This document shows positions 1 to 8,795 of a DNA stretch of 35,656 bases, one piece after another; position 1 is the first letter of the stretch, and the number at the start of each line of letters is the position of its first letter. A program made the translations under genes and the position numbers. The DNA is from a virus (taxonomy: Duplodnaviria > Caudoviricetes), in IMG/VR virus record IMGVR_UViG_3300036783_000146, positions 1 to 35,656 of that record; one strand, written 5' to 3'. The notes beneath the pieces are model-generated. The model was not told the DNA's origin. It did not search any database and saw nothing but the letters and a program-made list of their open reading frames with translations.

Positions 1-758
1 CCAAAAGTCTGAGTTTTTGCATTTATGATATTTGCTACGCGAAAACGGCAGAGGAGCGTGATGGCTACATCGCCTATATTGACGAACTCTATAACGCCAA
101 CCGCCTGACCGAAATTTTATCAGAGACTTGTTCAATTATCGGCGCCAATATTCTGAATATCGCACGCCAGGATTATGAACCGCAGGGCGCCAGCGTGACG
201 ATACTGGTCAGCGAAGAGCCTGTCGATCCGCAACTTATCGATCAGACAGAGCATCCGGGCCCACTACCGGAAACCGTGGTAGCGCATCTCGATAAAAGCC
301 ATATCTGCGTTCACACCTACCCGGAAAGCCATCCTGAAGGCGGGTTGTGCACTTTCCGCGCCGATATTGAAGTCTCAACCTGCGGGGTCATTTCACCACT
401 GAAGGCCCTGAACTATCTAATTCACCAGCTTGAATCCGATATCGTCACCATCGATTACCGCGTTCGCGGTTTTACTCGCGATGTAAACGGCATGAAGCAC
501 TTCATTGACCATGAAATCAACTCCATTCAGAATTTCATGTCTGAGGATATGAAATCCCTGTATGACATGGTGGACGTGAACGTCTATCAGGAAAATATCT
601 TCCACACCAAGATGTTACTTAAGGAATTCGACCTTAAGCACTATATGTTCCACACGAAAGCGGAAGATTTGAGCGAAGAAGAGCGTAAGGTTATTACCGA
701 CCTGCTCTGGAAAGAGATGCGCGAAATCTACTACGGACGTAATATCCCGAACGTGTAA
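1..758 (+). CDS. speD: S-adenosylmethionine decarboxylase proenzyme (5' end outside window)
   Basis: Frame is open from base 3 ([19 protein letters not shown]...). Contains the [15 protein letters not shown] self-cleavage motif and STCG typical of enterobacterial SpeD. Stop at 756-758. Confidence 0.96.
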   Translation, partial: KSLSFCIYDICYAKTAEERDGYIAYIDELYNANRLTEILSETCSIIGANILNIARQDYEPQGASVTILVSEEPVDPQLIDQTEHPGPLPETVVAHLDKSHICVHTYPESHPEGGLCTFRADIEVSTCGVISPLKALNYLIHQLESDIVTIDYRVRGFTRDVNGMKHFIDHEINSIQNFMSEDMKSLYDMVDVNVYQENIFHTKMLLKEFDLKHYMFHTKAEDLSEEERKVITDLLWKEMREIYYGRNIPNV

Positions 759-775
759 CAACATATCGGATGGCG

Positions 776-779
776 GTAT
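776..779 (+). repeat. Left copy of target-site duplication GTAT (right copy 34902-34905)
   Basis: GGCG-GTAT|TGT at the left junction and ACA|GTAT-CC at the right junction. Confidence 0.7.
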
Positions 780-930
780 TGTGGGGTGGTGATCAATTCT
801 GGACAGTTGGAGGGAACGAAAAATTCGCGAAAAATTCTTTTGTGGCGGGTGGTTACGCGAGATACATTGATTCTGGACTGATTTTCAAAAATGCAAAAAA
901 TTAACGTTTTTTGCGTTTTTTTTTGGACAT
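780..930 (+). repeat. attL: transposase-binding sites L1/L2/L3
   Basis: TTCTGGACAG (797-806), TTCTGGACTG (871-880) and TTTTGGACAT (921-930) match the right-end motif TTCCGGACTG. L1 is separated from L2 by a spacer, as in Mu attL. Confidence 0.75.
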
Positions 931-1032
931 TTTTAGTAGGAGTTTAATGGCCTTTAAACGGTATTTGTAAGGCTTTTAAAAACACCCCCATTTAGCTCTC
1001 TATTTGCGCATGGATGAGGCGTTCACTTCGTC

Positions 1033-1593
1033 TCACCCGGCCTTATGCGTTGGGCGGCTCAACTCATTGTCTTGATTATCTTCAAATGCCCCCTTTTTAG
1101 CTTCATGCAGCGCCATCAAGCGTTCTTTCTCTTCTGTAGGCAATTGCATGAGCATCTCTTCAAGTTCCATCTCGTGCTGCATTGAGTTGATAATCCCCTT
1201 GGCTCCTGACTTATGTATGATGCGTAAAAGGGCTTTTACCTCTTCTTTGTCCAAATACTCAAATACTGTCATCCATGCTGATTTTAGAGGCTCACTTTCT
1301 GCTGGGAGTTCTACTCGCTTCTGAGCTTCGAATGCTCTTTGGGGACTAACAGCGCCGCTTCCTAGAACAAGCCATTCAATAGACACGTGTTCTATCTCTG
1401 ACACCTTTATTACTACATCAAGACCAGGCGTTGCTCCTTTGGAGAAATAATTGTTAAGGGTTGAGTATGGTAATCCCCAGTCTTGAGCTACACGCCTAAG
1501 ATTACGCCCCTTAAAAAGGGCTTTAAACCTATCCTGGATACTTTCTTTTCCATCATCAGGAAAAGCAAAATCACTTTCTTTTGCATTATTCAT
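1033..1593 (-). CDS. Prophage repressor (CI-like HTH)
   Basis: N-terminal HTH (LRRVAQDWGLPYSTLNNYFSKGATP...VSIEWLVLG). Divergent from ner at the left end, as in Mu-like phages. Confidence 0.85.
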   Translation of the reverse strand: MNNAKESDFAFPDDGKESIQDRFKALFKGRNLRRVAQDWGLPYSTLNNYFSKGATPGLDVVIKVSEIEHVSIEWLVLGSGAVSPQRAFEAQKRVELPAESEPLKSAWMTVFEYLDKEEVKALLRIIHKSGAKGIINSMQHEMELEEMLMQLPTEEKERLMALHEAKKGAFEDNQDNELSRPTHKAG

Positions 1594-1735
1594 TTTCTTT
1601 TCCGCTTAACTATATGAATAAAAACGACTTATCTTTATGTGAGCATTGTTTTCTACAAATAGACAAAAGAAAGCTTGAGATTTTCTTTTAGTAGATCAAT
1701 ACTTATTCCAACGGATAAGCCCACGGGTTATCTGT
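1542..1735. promoter_or_regulatory. Repressor/ner divergent control region: candidate early promoter and operators
   Basis: TTTCTTTT at 1542, 1575, 1594 and 1682, inverted (AAAAGAAA) at 1665. TTGAGA(1675-1680)-N17-AATACT(1698-1703) promoter-like. Imperfect palindrome GGATAAGCCC-AC-GGGTTATCTG near 1713-1734. Confidence 0.55.
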
Positions 1736-1760
1736 CCGGTTAACTTTTTAGGGTAATCGA

Positions 1761-1997
1761 ATGATGAATGGAAAAGAAGTAATTAGTGCCGATTGGCACA
1801 GAATCGACATCGTGGCTGCGCTGCACAAGCGCCACCTCACCTTACGTGAGTTGTCCGAAAGAGCAGGCTTGAGTCCTGATACGCTCAAGAATGCCCTGCA
1901 CCGTTCCTACCCAAAAGGCGAGCGCATTATTGCTGACGCTCTCAATCTAGACCCGGCCTGCATCTGGCCAAGCCGTTATTTGCGTAAGGCGTCGTAA
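1761..1997 (+). CDS. ner: Ner-like DNA-binding protein (Ner/SfsB family)
   Basis: DWHRIDIVAALHKR...TLKNALHRSYPKGERIIADAL...IWPSRY signature. Confidence 0.93.
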   Translation: MMNGKEVISADWHRIDIVAALHKRHLTLRELSERAGLSPDTLKNALHRSYPKGERIIADALNLDPACIWPSRYLRKAS

Positions 1998-1999
1998 TT

Positions 2000-4045
2000 A
2001 TGTTTATAACCGTGAATGAGTTGGCGGGGCTGCCTGGGCTACCAGGTACGCCGCAGGGTATTCGTTATGCCATGAACAAGCTGGCAGCTAATTCACCGGA
2101 GCTAATGCGTCGCCGCCAAGGCTCAAAAGCTATCGAATATCATATCGATTGCCTGCCCGCCGAGGCTCGCGAGGTCGTTCGCCAGCGCCATTACACCTCC
2201 GTTCTGGAGCAGTCCGGCTGTAAATCGGTTGACGTCCCCGTTAAACGCAGCAAGGCGATCAAGCCCAGCAACGAGCTGGAAATCATGCGCCAGTGCCCTG
2301 CGCTGGTAACGCGTGAAGTCAGTGCCCTGAATGCCAAGCAGAAAAGCGTGGCTGATGCCCGCGCCCTGTTGGCCCTTGAGGTTCTGCGCTTGCGTGATGC
2401 AGGTATGTCTCGCCTTGCCGCAGTGCAGTTTATTGTTGATGGCTCCCGCGATGGCACATTGCCCGATCACATCATGGATGCAGCCTTGATCGCCAATGCC
2501 CGCAAGGGTTCCAGCCGCAAGGGCGTAGGCAAAAGCAGCCTGCAGGAGTGGGTCACGATTTACCAGGAAACCGAGAACAGCGTGGAGCGGTTGATCATGC
2601 TGGCCCCTGGCTACCACAAGGCCAAAAAACCGGAAGAGATCTTCTGGATGATGGATTTCCTGCAGCATTATCGGATTTGGAAAAGGCCCACGGTAGCAGA
2701 GGCTTACGAAAAATTCGAGGCCGAATGGGCGCGGGTTTATGCCGGGAATAGCGCAATGCTGGCGGCGCTACCGTCCATTCATGCCGTGCGGCGTGAGTTG
2801 AAGAAACTGCCGGTGATCCACCGTGAGCGCTTCCGCAGAACGGGATCGGCCTGGCGTTCGCTCAATCCCTTTGTGCGGCGTGACTGGTCACAAATGCCCG
2901 TTAACGCGGTGTGGGTCGGTGATGGCCATGGGATGAAAATGCGAGCCTTTAACCCGGAAACCGGCAACACCTTCAAGCCAGAAGTGACGTTTGTCATGGA
3001 TGCAGGCCAGCGCTTTATTGTGGGCTGGAGCCTGGCGCTGTCCGAGAACGTGGTGGCGGTGACGGATGCCTTGCGCCATGGCATATCACAGCACGGTATT
3101 CCGTTGATCTACTACTCCGATAACGGCGGCGGGGAAAAAAATAAGGTATTAGACGCTGAAATCACCGGTATTTTGCCCCGTCTGGGCATTGAGCACCACA
3201 CGGGTATACCAGGCAACCCGCAGGGCCGTGGTGTGATTGAGCGCCCCAACAAGGACATACCCCGCAAAATAGCCCGAGGTTTTGAGAGTTATTGCGGTAA
3301 AGATGCCGATGGGGAAACGGTACGCCTGCAAGATCGCATTATCCAGTCAGCGGTCAAGGCATTCCATACCGGGAAAGACCTGACCAAGCGCCAGGTCAGC
3401 ATGATGGAGAAGGTGCCCACCTGGGAACAGTTGCTGTCTGCCATTGAGAGCGAGGTGGAGCGCTACAATAACAGGCCCCATAGCGAACTCCCACGGATGG
3501 CCAACGGCGAGCACTACAGCCCGGCAGCGTACCGCAGCAAGCTGCTGAAAGAACAAGGTGAAGATATGGTGATCGATTATCTTTCCCAGGAAGAATTGCA
3601 CGAAATGTTCAGGCCGGAAATCATTCGAACGGTAGACCGTGGCGAGGTTCGGCTTTTCAACAACCTGTATTTTGCCAATGAATTGAAATTCGAACACGGT
3701 AATGAAGTGCGGGTGTGTTACGACATTCATGACCCCAATAGCGTTATTGTCCGCCGTATGGATGGCAGCTTTATTTGTGATGCGCTGTGGGATGGCAACA
3801 AAGTTGATGCATTTGCGAAACCGGTTATTCAGAAGCTTACCGAAGAACGCGTTAAGGGCCGTATCGCTCGCGCTCAAGAGAAAATCCTGGATGCCCAGCG
3901 TGAGCTGCAGCCGGTGCTGGAGCATAAGCCAGAGAATAGCATTCATGAATTGTTGAGAGAGGCACAAAAAGAGGCCGAAGGGATTTATTTATATGAAACC
4001 GAACGTGCCGACAGTAATAAAAAGAATGGCACTCATCACAATTAA
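2000..4045 (+). CDS. MuA: Mu-type DDE transposase (MuA)
   Basis: N-terminal Mu DNA-binding domain (ELAGLPGLP...EYHIDCLP). DDE motifs WVGDGH, YYSDNGGG and GNPQGRGVIER. YNNRPHSEL. Mu-transposase C-terminal VCYDIHD. Confidence 0.95.
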   Translation: MFITVNELAGLPGLPGTPQGIRYAMNKLAANSPELMRRRQGSKAIEYHIDCLPAEAREVVRQRHYTSVLEQSGCKSVDVPVKRSKAIKPSNELEIMRQCPALVTREVSALNAKQKSVADARALLALEVLRLRDAGMSRLAAVQFIVDGSRDGTLPDHIMDAALIANARKGSSRKGVGKSSLQEWVTIYQETENSVERLIMLAPGYHKAKKPEEIFWMMDFLQHYRIWKRPTVAEAYEKFEAEWARVYAGNSAMLAALPSIHAVRRELKKLPVIHRERFRRTGSAWRSLNPFVRRDWSQMPVNAVWVGDGHGMKMRAFNPETGNTFKPEVTFVMDAGQRFIVGWSLALSENVVAVTDALRHGISQHGIPLIYYSDNGGGEKNKVLDAEITGILPRLGIEHHTGIPGNPQGRGVIERPNKDIPRKIARGFESYCGKDADGETVRLQDRIIQSAVKAFHTGKDLTKRQVSMMEKVPTWEQLLSAIESEVERYNNRPHSELPRMANGEHYSPAAYRSKLLKEQGEDMVIDYLSQEELHEMFRPEIIRTVDRGEVRLFNNLYFANELKFEHGNEVRVCYDIHDPNSVIVRRMDGSFICDALWDGNKVDAFAKPVIQKLTEERVKGRIARAQEKILDAQRELQPVLEHKPENSIHELLREAQKEAEGIYLYETERADSNKKNGTHHN

Positions 4046-4058
4046 CTGAGGTGAAATA

Positions 4059-4988
4059 ATGGAAAACTTAATTACACAGCTAAAAACTGTGATGGAACGT
4101 TGCGGCTATACCCAGACCTATGTGGCTAAAACCATTGACCGCAGCAGCGCCACGGTTAACCAGTTTTTACAGAATAAATATAAAGGGGATGAGGCTGATA
4201 TCAGTTCCCGTATTAAGGAATTTATTGCGACTGAAAACGACCGCTTAGAAGCTCGTTTCCAGAAGCCGCCGTTTGTTGAAACCATGACAAGCCGGGACGT
4301 CAACAGGCTGATTGATTATGCGAAAAAGTATTGTGCCATTTGTGTTTTAACCGCCGATTCCGGCATGGGTAAATCCGCGATGCTGGAGAACTACGCCAAC
4401 AGCCACCCCGGCACGGTGCTGGTTGAGGTCTGTGCAGGTTATACCCCTCGCGCCTTTATCAATACCCTGCTGCGAGCGGTAGACCCAGGCGCGGGCCGCA
4501 ACGGCACCACCGTTGAGCTGATGGGGAAATGCATTGATAAGCTGCGCGGTTCGCGGCGGCTTGTCCTGGTCGATGAGGCGGAGCTGTTGCCGCACCAGAC
4601 CCTTGAGGCGTTACGGCGCTTGTACGATATGACCAATATCGGCGTGGTGCTGGTCGGTATGCCCAGGCTGAGCGATAACCTGATTGGTGCCGAGGGGGAA
4701 CATGCGCAGCTTTATAGCCGGATAGCGCGGCGCATGGAAATAACCAACCCGCTCCCCCGTGAAGATTTTAACGCGATTGCGGCGCAGATGATGCCGGAAT
4801 CCGTAGACCACAAGATTAGTGAATTACTGTTTTATTATTCTTCCGGGAATGCTCGTCAATTATTGAATATTGTTCGTGGTGTTTATGACTTGTGTGATGT
4901 GAATCAACAGCCGGTAAACATAGGCATGATTCAGAAATATACCGGCGCATTACTCAAGGCGGGAAGTCAAGGTAGGGGGCGGCGTTAA
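4059..4988 (+). CDS. MuB: Transposition AAA+ ATPase (MuB-like)
   Basis: N-terminal HTH, Walker A ADSGMGKS, Walker B LVLVDEAE, QLYSRI arginine finger. Follows the transposase. GAGGTG RBS. Confidence 0.93.
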   Translation: MENLITQLKTVMERCGYTQTYVAKTIDRSSATVNQFLQNKYKGDEADISSRIKEFIATENDRLEARFQKPPFVETMTSRDVNRLIDYAKKYCAICVLTADSGMGKSAMLENYANSHPGTVLVEVCAGYTPRAFINTLLRAVDPGAGRNGTTVELMGKCIDKLRGSRRLVLVDEAELLPHQTLEALRRLYDMTNIGVVLVGMPRLSDNLIGAEGEHAQLYSRIARRMEITNPLPREDFNAIAAQMMPESVDHKISELLFYYSSGNARQLLNIVRGVYDLCDVNQQPVNIGMIQKYTGALLKAGSQGRGRR

Positions 4989-5028
4989 ACAATACCTTTG
5001 TGTAATCAATGTTTTTTTGGAGAACAAT

Positions 5029-5262
5029 ATGAACACATTACCTATTAACAACCCTCAGCTAATGAGGCCGATTAACCGTCTATTACAGGCAGGAATCAAG
5101 GTTATTGAGTTAAAGACCAATTTCCGCCGCCCGGTCATTGTTGTTGACCGTCCATTTAAAGCCTGGGAGGCCAAGGCAGTTGAAATAACAGAAACCTGTA
5201 ACGGTGTGCATCGCCAGGTACATATGACCATTTGGCGCGGGGCACATGTTATCTGGCGTTGA
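5029..5262 (+). CDS. Small early hypothetical protein
   Basis: GGAG RBS before ATG 5029. Position directly after MuB, typical of Mu-like early operons. Confidence 0.75.
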   Translation: MNTLPINNPQLMRPINRLLQAGIKVIELKTNFRRPVIVVDRPFKAWEAKAVEITETCNGVHRQVHMTIWRGAHVIWR

Positions 5263-5306
5263 TTGCAGTAACTATCTTGAACTCAAAACGAATAGAGGAA
5301 ATACAA

Positions 5307-5936
5307 GTGAATAAACAATATACAGTGCAACAAGCCCCAGAAGGATATTGGGCCGATGCTAAAGGGGTATTAACTCCTGTTGATATTATCAGGCCAATCG
5401 ACAAAGAGCGTGATGCTCTTGTGGGTGAACTTGTCGAGTTAGCAATTCACCTTAACTCGGCGCTGGCTGAGTTCAAGTTGAAATCATTTGCCGATATTCA
5501 GGCATTTGTTGATTTATCGGGTGAGCAGTACGGCGTTAAGCGCGGTGGGAAGAAAGGGAATGTGACGCTGCATAGCTATGATGGGCAGTTTAAAATCCAG
5601 CGTGGGGTGCAGGAAAATATCGTTTTTGATGAACGTTTGCAGGCAGCGAAAAGCCTTATTGATGAATGTCTCTCTGATTGGACAGAGGGCGCACGGCCAG
5701 AGATTCACGCAATTATTAGCCAAGCGTTTTCTGTCGATAAAGAAGGAAATATTAATACAGCCCGTGTATTAGCACTGCGGCGTCTTGAAATCGCAGACGA
5801 ACGATGGAATAAGGCGATGGACGCTATCAGCGAATCGACCCAGGTAGTCGGCAGTAAAGCTTATATCCGGGTTTATGAGCGCGTTGGGGATAGTGACGAA
5901 TACAAGCCTATTTCATTGGATATTGCGTCAGTTTAA
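5307..5936 (+). CDS. DUF3164-family early protein of Mu-like phages
   Basis: GAGG RBS then GTG 5307. PEGYWADAKG...IDKERD, GGKKGNVTLHSYDG and FDERLQAAK motifs. Confidence 0.8.
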   Translation: MNKQYTVQQAPEGYWADAKGVLTPVDIIRPIDKERDALVGELVELAIHLNSALAEFKLKSFADIQAFVDLSGEQYGVKRGGKKGNVTLHSYDGQFKIQRGVQENIVFDERLQAAKSLIDECLSDWTEGARPEIHAIISQAFSVDKEGNINTARVLALRRLEIADERWNKAMDAISESTQVVGSKAYIRVYERVGDSDEYKPISLDIASV

Positions 5937-5975
5937 ATAATCCCCCGCGAATTAAAAGGGAAGTTTGTTAACTAT

Positions 5976-6005
5976 GGCGTAAACCCGCAGGGGCGCGCTT
6001 ACGCC
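5976..6005 (+). promoter_or_regulatory. Intergenic stem-loop in the early operon
   Basis: GGCGTAA(5976-5982)...TTACGCC(5999-6005) with an inner CCC-GCA-GGG. No U-tract. Confidence 0.45.
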
Positions 6006-6027
6006 TAAATCATGAAGTGAGGTGAAA

Positions 6028-6135
6028 ATGAAATCATTTTATGTTTCTCGCCGGTCAGTATGGATTGGCACTTTCATTATCTGCGGTGTGTGGGTCAGCA
6101 CACTTGCCTATCTCGCATCAATTATCTGGGGGTGA
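6028..6135 (+). CDS. 35-aa single-pass membrane peptide (not in the ORF track)
   Basis: GAGGTG RBS, MKSFYVSRRSVWIGTFIICGVWVSTLAYLASIIWG*. Stop lies 2 nt before the next ATG (6138). Confidence 0.7.
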   Translation: MKSFYVSRRSVWIGTFIICGVWVSTLAYLASIIWG

Positions 6136-6137
6136 TT

Positions 6138-6665
6138 ATGGGCTATTTCAAAATTGAAAGTGAAGCTGCTATTCAGGCATGGGACAGAGAAGAATTAAAG
6201 CGCAAGAAAATGCATGATATAGCTACGGCTTTCGCGAAAAAATTCGGGGCTAGACCAGTATTTAAAAGCGATACTTCCAGCAGCTATTTCTACGGAATCG
6301 CTTTCCCTGATGGTATACCCACGTATGGCGACCCCGCTTTATGGACGGCTGCAACTGCGGCCAATAAATTCACCACGACACCTAAAAGAAAAGCGCCCAA
6401 AGGGTTAACCAAAGAACATAAGGAGCTTTGGCGGTTATGGGGTGAAGACTATCCCATGGAGCCGCTAAATAGAGAGCCTTTATGGGCATCTCTCGGTTTA
6501 GATTGGGGAATGCTTTTCATATGTGGCATTTCAATATTTAGACTAGAGAATGTTATTTATTTCAACACTAATGCAAAACCAAGTAAGGAATCAGGAACCA
6601 TTGAAATATTAGGTTCTGAATATGATAAAGCCCGCGTGACTGTTGAATTTGGCGGGGGGAGTTAA
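6138..6665 (+). CDS. Hypothetical early accessory protein
   Basis: GGGGGTG RBS then ATG 6138 (MGYFKIES...). AT-richer than its neighbours. Confidence 0.75.
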   Translation: MGYFKIESEAAIQAWDREELKRKKMHDIATAFAKKFGARPVFKSDTSSSYFYGIAFPDGIPTYGDPALWTAATAANKFTTTPKRKAPKGLTKEHKELWRLWGEDYPMEPLNREPLWASLGLDWGMLFICGISIFRLENVIYFNTNAKPSKESGTIEILGSEYDKARVTVEFGGGS

Positions 6666-6667
6666 TC

Positions 6668-6922
6668 ATGAAACGCTTTAATCCCGATTGCTCAATCCAT
6701 ATGTCTCATGAAATGGCATTTATGCGCGAAACCCCAACGGGTGATTACGTTAAATGCTCTGATGCCAATCAGATGTTAATTGAACTCCGCGAACGCCTGG
6801 AGGCTTTGCCCACCCGAGAGGAACGGTATTACCGTGGCCAACGTGCCAAATACATCAACCGTGACCAGGTTCTTGCCGAATTTGGCGTGGCTATTGAGCA
6901 AATCTTGGCAGGGAGGGATTGA
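6668..6922 (+). CDS. Hypothetical early protein
   Basis: Tightly packed in the operon with a GGGGGAG RBS. Confidence 0.7.
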   Translation: MKRFNPDCSIHMSHEMAFMRETPTGDYVKCSDANQMLIELRERLEALPTREERYYRGQRAKYINRDQVLAEFGVAIEQILAGRD

Positions 6923-6924
6923 GC

Positions 6925-7149
6925 ATGGCGACATTCCTGACCGTCACCGGCTGCGAGCATCTGCAGAACGGCGCGAAGCGGGTTTATCACTTTAGCAATA
7001 AAACAACGGTGATCGAGCATCCGCAGTTACCGGGTAAGTCCCGTTTCCAGTTCTATGACCCACGCGGCAACCAGATCCACACCAATGCCGCCCGCGTTGA
7101 AATGAAACAAGCGATCGAGCGCCATAAAAAGCTCTGGAGGTATCAATGA
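6925..7149 (+). CDS. Hypothetical early protein
   Basis: GGAGGG RBS. ATGA overlap with the next gene. Confidence 0.65.
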   Translation: MATFLTVTGCEHLQNGAKRVYHFSNKTTVIEHPQLPGKSRFQFYDPRGNQIHTNAARVEMKQAIERHKKLWRYQ

Positions 7150-7706
7150 ACACTCAAAAGCCTGGTGAATATCATTACATCCGTACTCATAGCGGACGCC
7201 ATTTCTGCTACGAGGGCATCAGCCCAGATATGATTGTTATCGACGATATCGGGCAGGCGCTATCCAATATTTGTCGCTTTGGTGGTCACCTGGATAACTT
7301 CTACAGCGTGGCGCAGCATTCCGTTCTTGTCAGCAGGCTGGTGCCTAAAGCGCTGGCGCTTGAGGCATTGTTGCATGATGCCAGCGAGGCGTATTGCCAG
7401 GACATTCCCGCACCGCTCAAAGCACTGCTGCCTGATTATCGTGAGATTGAGCGCCTGGTTGATATCGCCATACGTTGCAAGTTTGAGCTGCCCCTGGAGC
7501 ACAGCACACTGGTTAAGCATTGTGACCTAGTCATGCTGGCCACAGAACGGCGGGATCTTGATATCGATGATGGCGATCAGTGGGCCATTCTCGAAGGGAT
7601 CAAGCCTACTAACTTGTTTGAGGTTCACCCGCTCAATCCATGCCAGGCCCATAGTCTTTTCATGGCCCGGTTCAATGAGCTGCACAACCCACAGGGGGCA
7701 TTATGA
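7146..7706 (+). CDS. HD-domain phosphohydrolase (YfdR/YfbR-like 5'-deoxynucleotidase family)
   Basis: DDIGQALSNICRFGGH...YSVAQHS...ALLHDASEAYCQDIPAPLK...DLVMLATERRDL motifs. Confidence 0.88.
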   Translation: MNTQKPGEYHYIRTHSGRHFCYEGISPDMIVIDDIGQALSNICRFGGHLDNFYSVAQHSVLVSRLVPKALALEALLHDASEAYCQDIPAPLKALLPDYREIERLVDIAIRCKFELPLEHSTLVKHCDLVMLATERRDLDIDDGDQWAILEGIKPTNLFEVHPLNPCQAHSLFMARFNELHNPQGAL

Positions 7707-7927
7707 AAAACATTCTGCGTAGAATCAGCGCCAGCGAGTTCAACCGCCGTTATCCTGTGGGTTCCCGGTTTAGTTACTACCCGGTTGTGGGCGTTCCTGA
7801 CAGCGAAGAGGTAGTGACGTGTTCGGAAGCCTGGCAACTGTTTAACGGCAAGGCTGTGGTGCGTGTCGAGGGCAAAATCGGCGGCGTATCTCTCCACCGC
7901 TTGGAGCCGCTGGGGGTGCAGTCATGA
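7703..7927 (+). CDS. Hypothetical protein
   Basis: ATGA-coupled to both neighbours. FNRRYPVG motif. Confidence 0.7.
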   Translation: MKNILRRISASEFNRRYPVGSRFSYYPVVGVPDSEEVVTCSEAWQLFNGKAVVRVEGKIGGVSLHRLEPLGVQS

Positions 7928-8343
7928 CACCCAACGCGAAAGGCATAATAGGGGCAATCAAAGCAGGCCAGGCGTTTCTGGGGTTGGATGATGCGACCTA
8001 TCGCCAGATGCTGTCCAGCCTGACCGGCGGTAAAACCTCCTGTACAGCGTGCTCACTAGATGAGTTGAAGCGCATCCGCGAGTACATGCACAAGCAGGGT
8101 TTCCCCCGTTCGTCAGCCAGGCATGGCCGCCGCCCCAAAGTGGCTCTGAACAAAAAGACGATCTTGTCCAAAATTGAGGCGCTTCTGGCAGAAGCCAAAC
8201 GCCCCTGGGCTTATGCGGAAGGACTGGCGGCGCATATGTACAAACAGCATGTGCTTGAATGGCTGACAGAGGAGCAGTTGGCATCCGTGATGAAAGCTTT
8301 GATCATCGATGCCAAGCGCCGGGCCAAGAGGGGCAAACAATGA
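7924..8343 (+). CDS. gemA: GemA-like regulatory protein (Mu gp16/DUF1018)
   Basis: LGLDDATYRQMLSSLTGGKTSC...KIEALL...WLTEEQL. Immediately upstream of mor. Confidence 0.85.
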   Translation: MTPNAKGIIGAIKAGQAFLGLDDATYRQMLSSLTGGKTSCTACSLDELKRIREYMHKQGFPRSSARHGRRPKVALNKKTILSKIEALLAEAKRPWAYAEGLAAHMYKQHVLEWLTEEQLASVMKALIIDAKRRAKRGKQ

Positions 8344-8795
8344 AATATCACGAGGTCAACCCCGACCTTGAGCAGGTGGCGGCGCTGCTGCCACCTGTTG
8401 TTCAGGAGTTGATCCGGTTGATCGGTTATATCAACACACAGACCTTGATCTGCAAGGTCGGCGGCGTTACCTTTCCCGTGGGTAAAGGCGTTCGCAAAGG
8501 TGGCAATCGTCGCCGCGCTGTCTTGACCGAGTTGTTAGGTAAGGATGTGGCTGACAAAATAGAGAAGCATTTTGCCAGCGAAGCGCTGTATATTCCTCGC
8601 TGTGATGCCGCCTTGCGGGAGTGGCGCAACCGGCAGTTTATTGCCGAGTACGAGGAAATGCTCCAGGGTGGGGAAAGTGCCCGTTTCACGCTGATGGCCC
8701 TATGTCCTCGTTATGGTGTAACAGACCGCTGGGCGCAGAAGCTGCTGGCCAGCAAGCGGGATGATGCCCCCTCAAGCCAACTGGATCTCTTATGA
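8340..8795 (+). CDS. mor: Mor/C-family transcription activator
   Basis: ATG 8340 overlaps the gemA stop. GGVTFPV, EALYIPRCDAALREWRNRQF and a C-terminal HTH (LCPRYGVTDRWAQKLL). Confidence 0.85.
   Translation: MKYHEVNPDLEQVAALLPPVVQELIRLIGYINTQTLICKVGGVTFPVGKGVRKGGNRRRAVLTELLGKDVADKIEKHFASEALYIPRCDAALREWRNRQFIAEYEEMLQGGESARFTLMALCPRYGVTDRWAQKLLASKRDDAPSSQLDLL

Noticed and set aside
841-880. TGTGGCGGGTGGT as an alternative left end
   Set aside because: It resembles the terminus, but the TTCTGGAC motif is out of register with the right end and the preceding bases do not match the right flank. Position 780 fits both.
2123-3967. Several long minus-strand ORFs within MuA (similar ones occur within terL, portal and TMP)
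   Set aside because: Antisense shadows of GC-rich coding sequence, with no RBS or motifs.
6060-6137. N-terminal extension of the 6060-6665 ORF given by the track
   Set aside because: It overlaps the 35-aa peptide gene. ATG 6138 has the better RBS.
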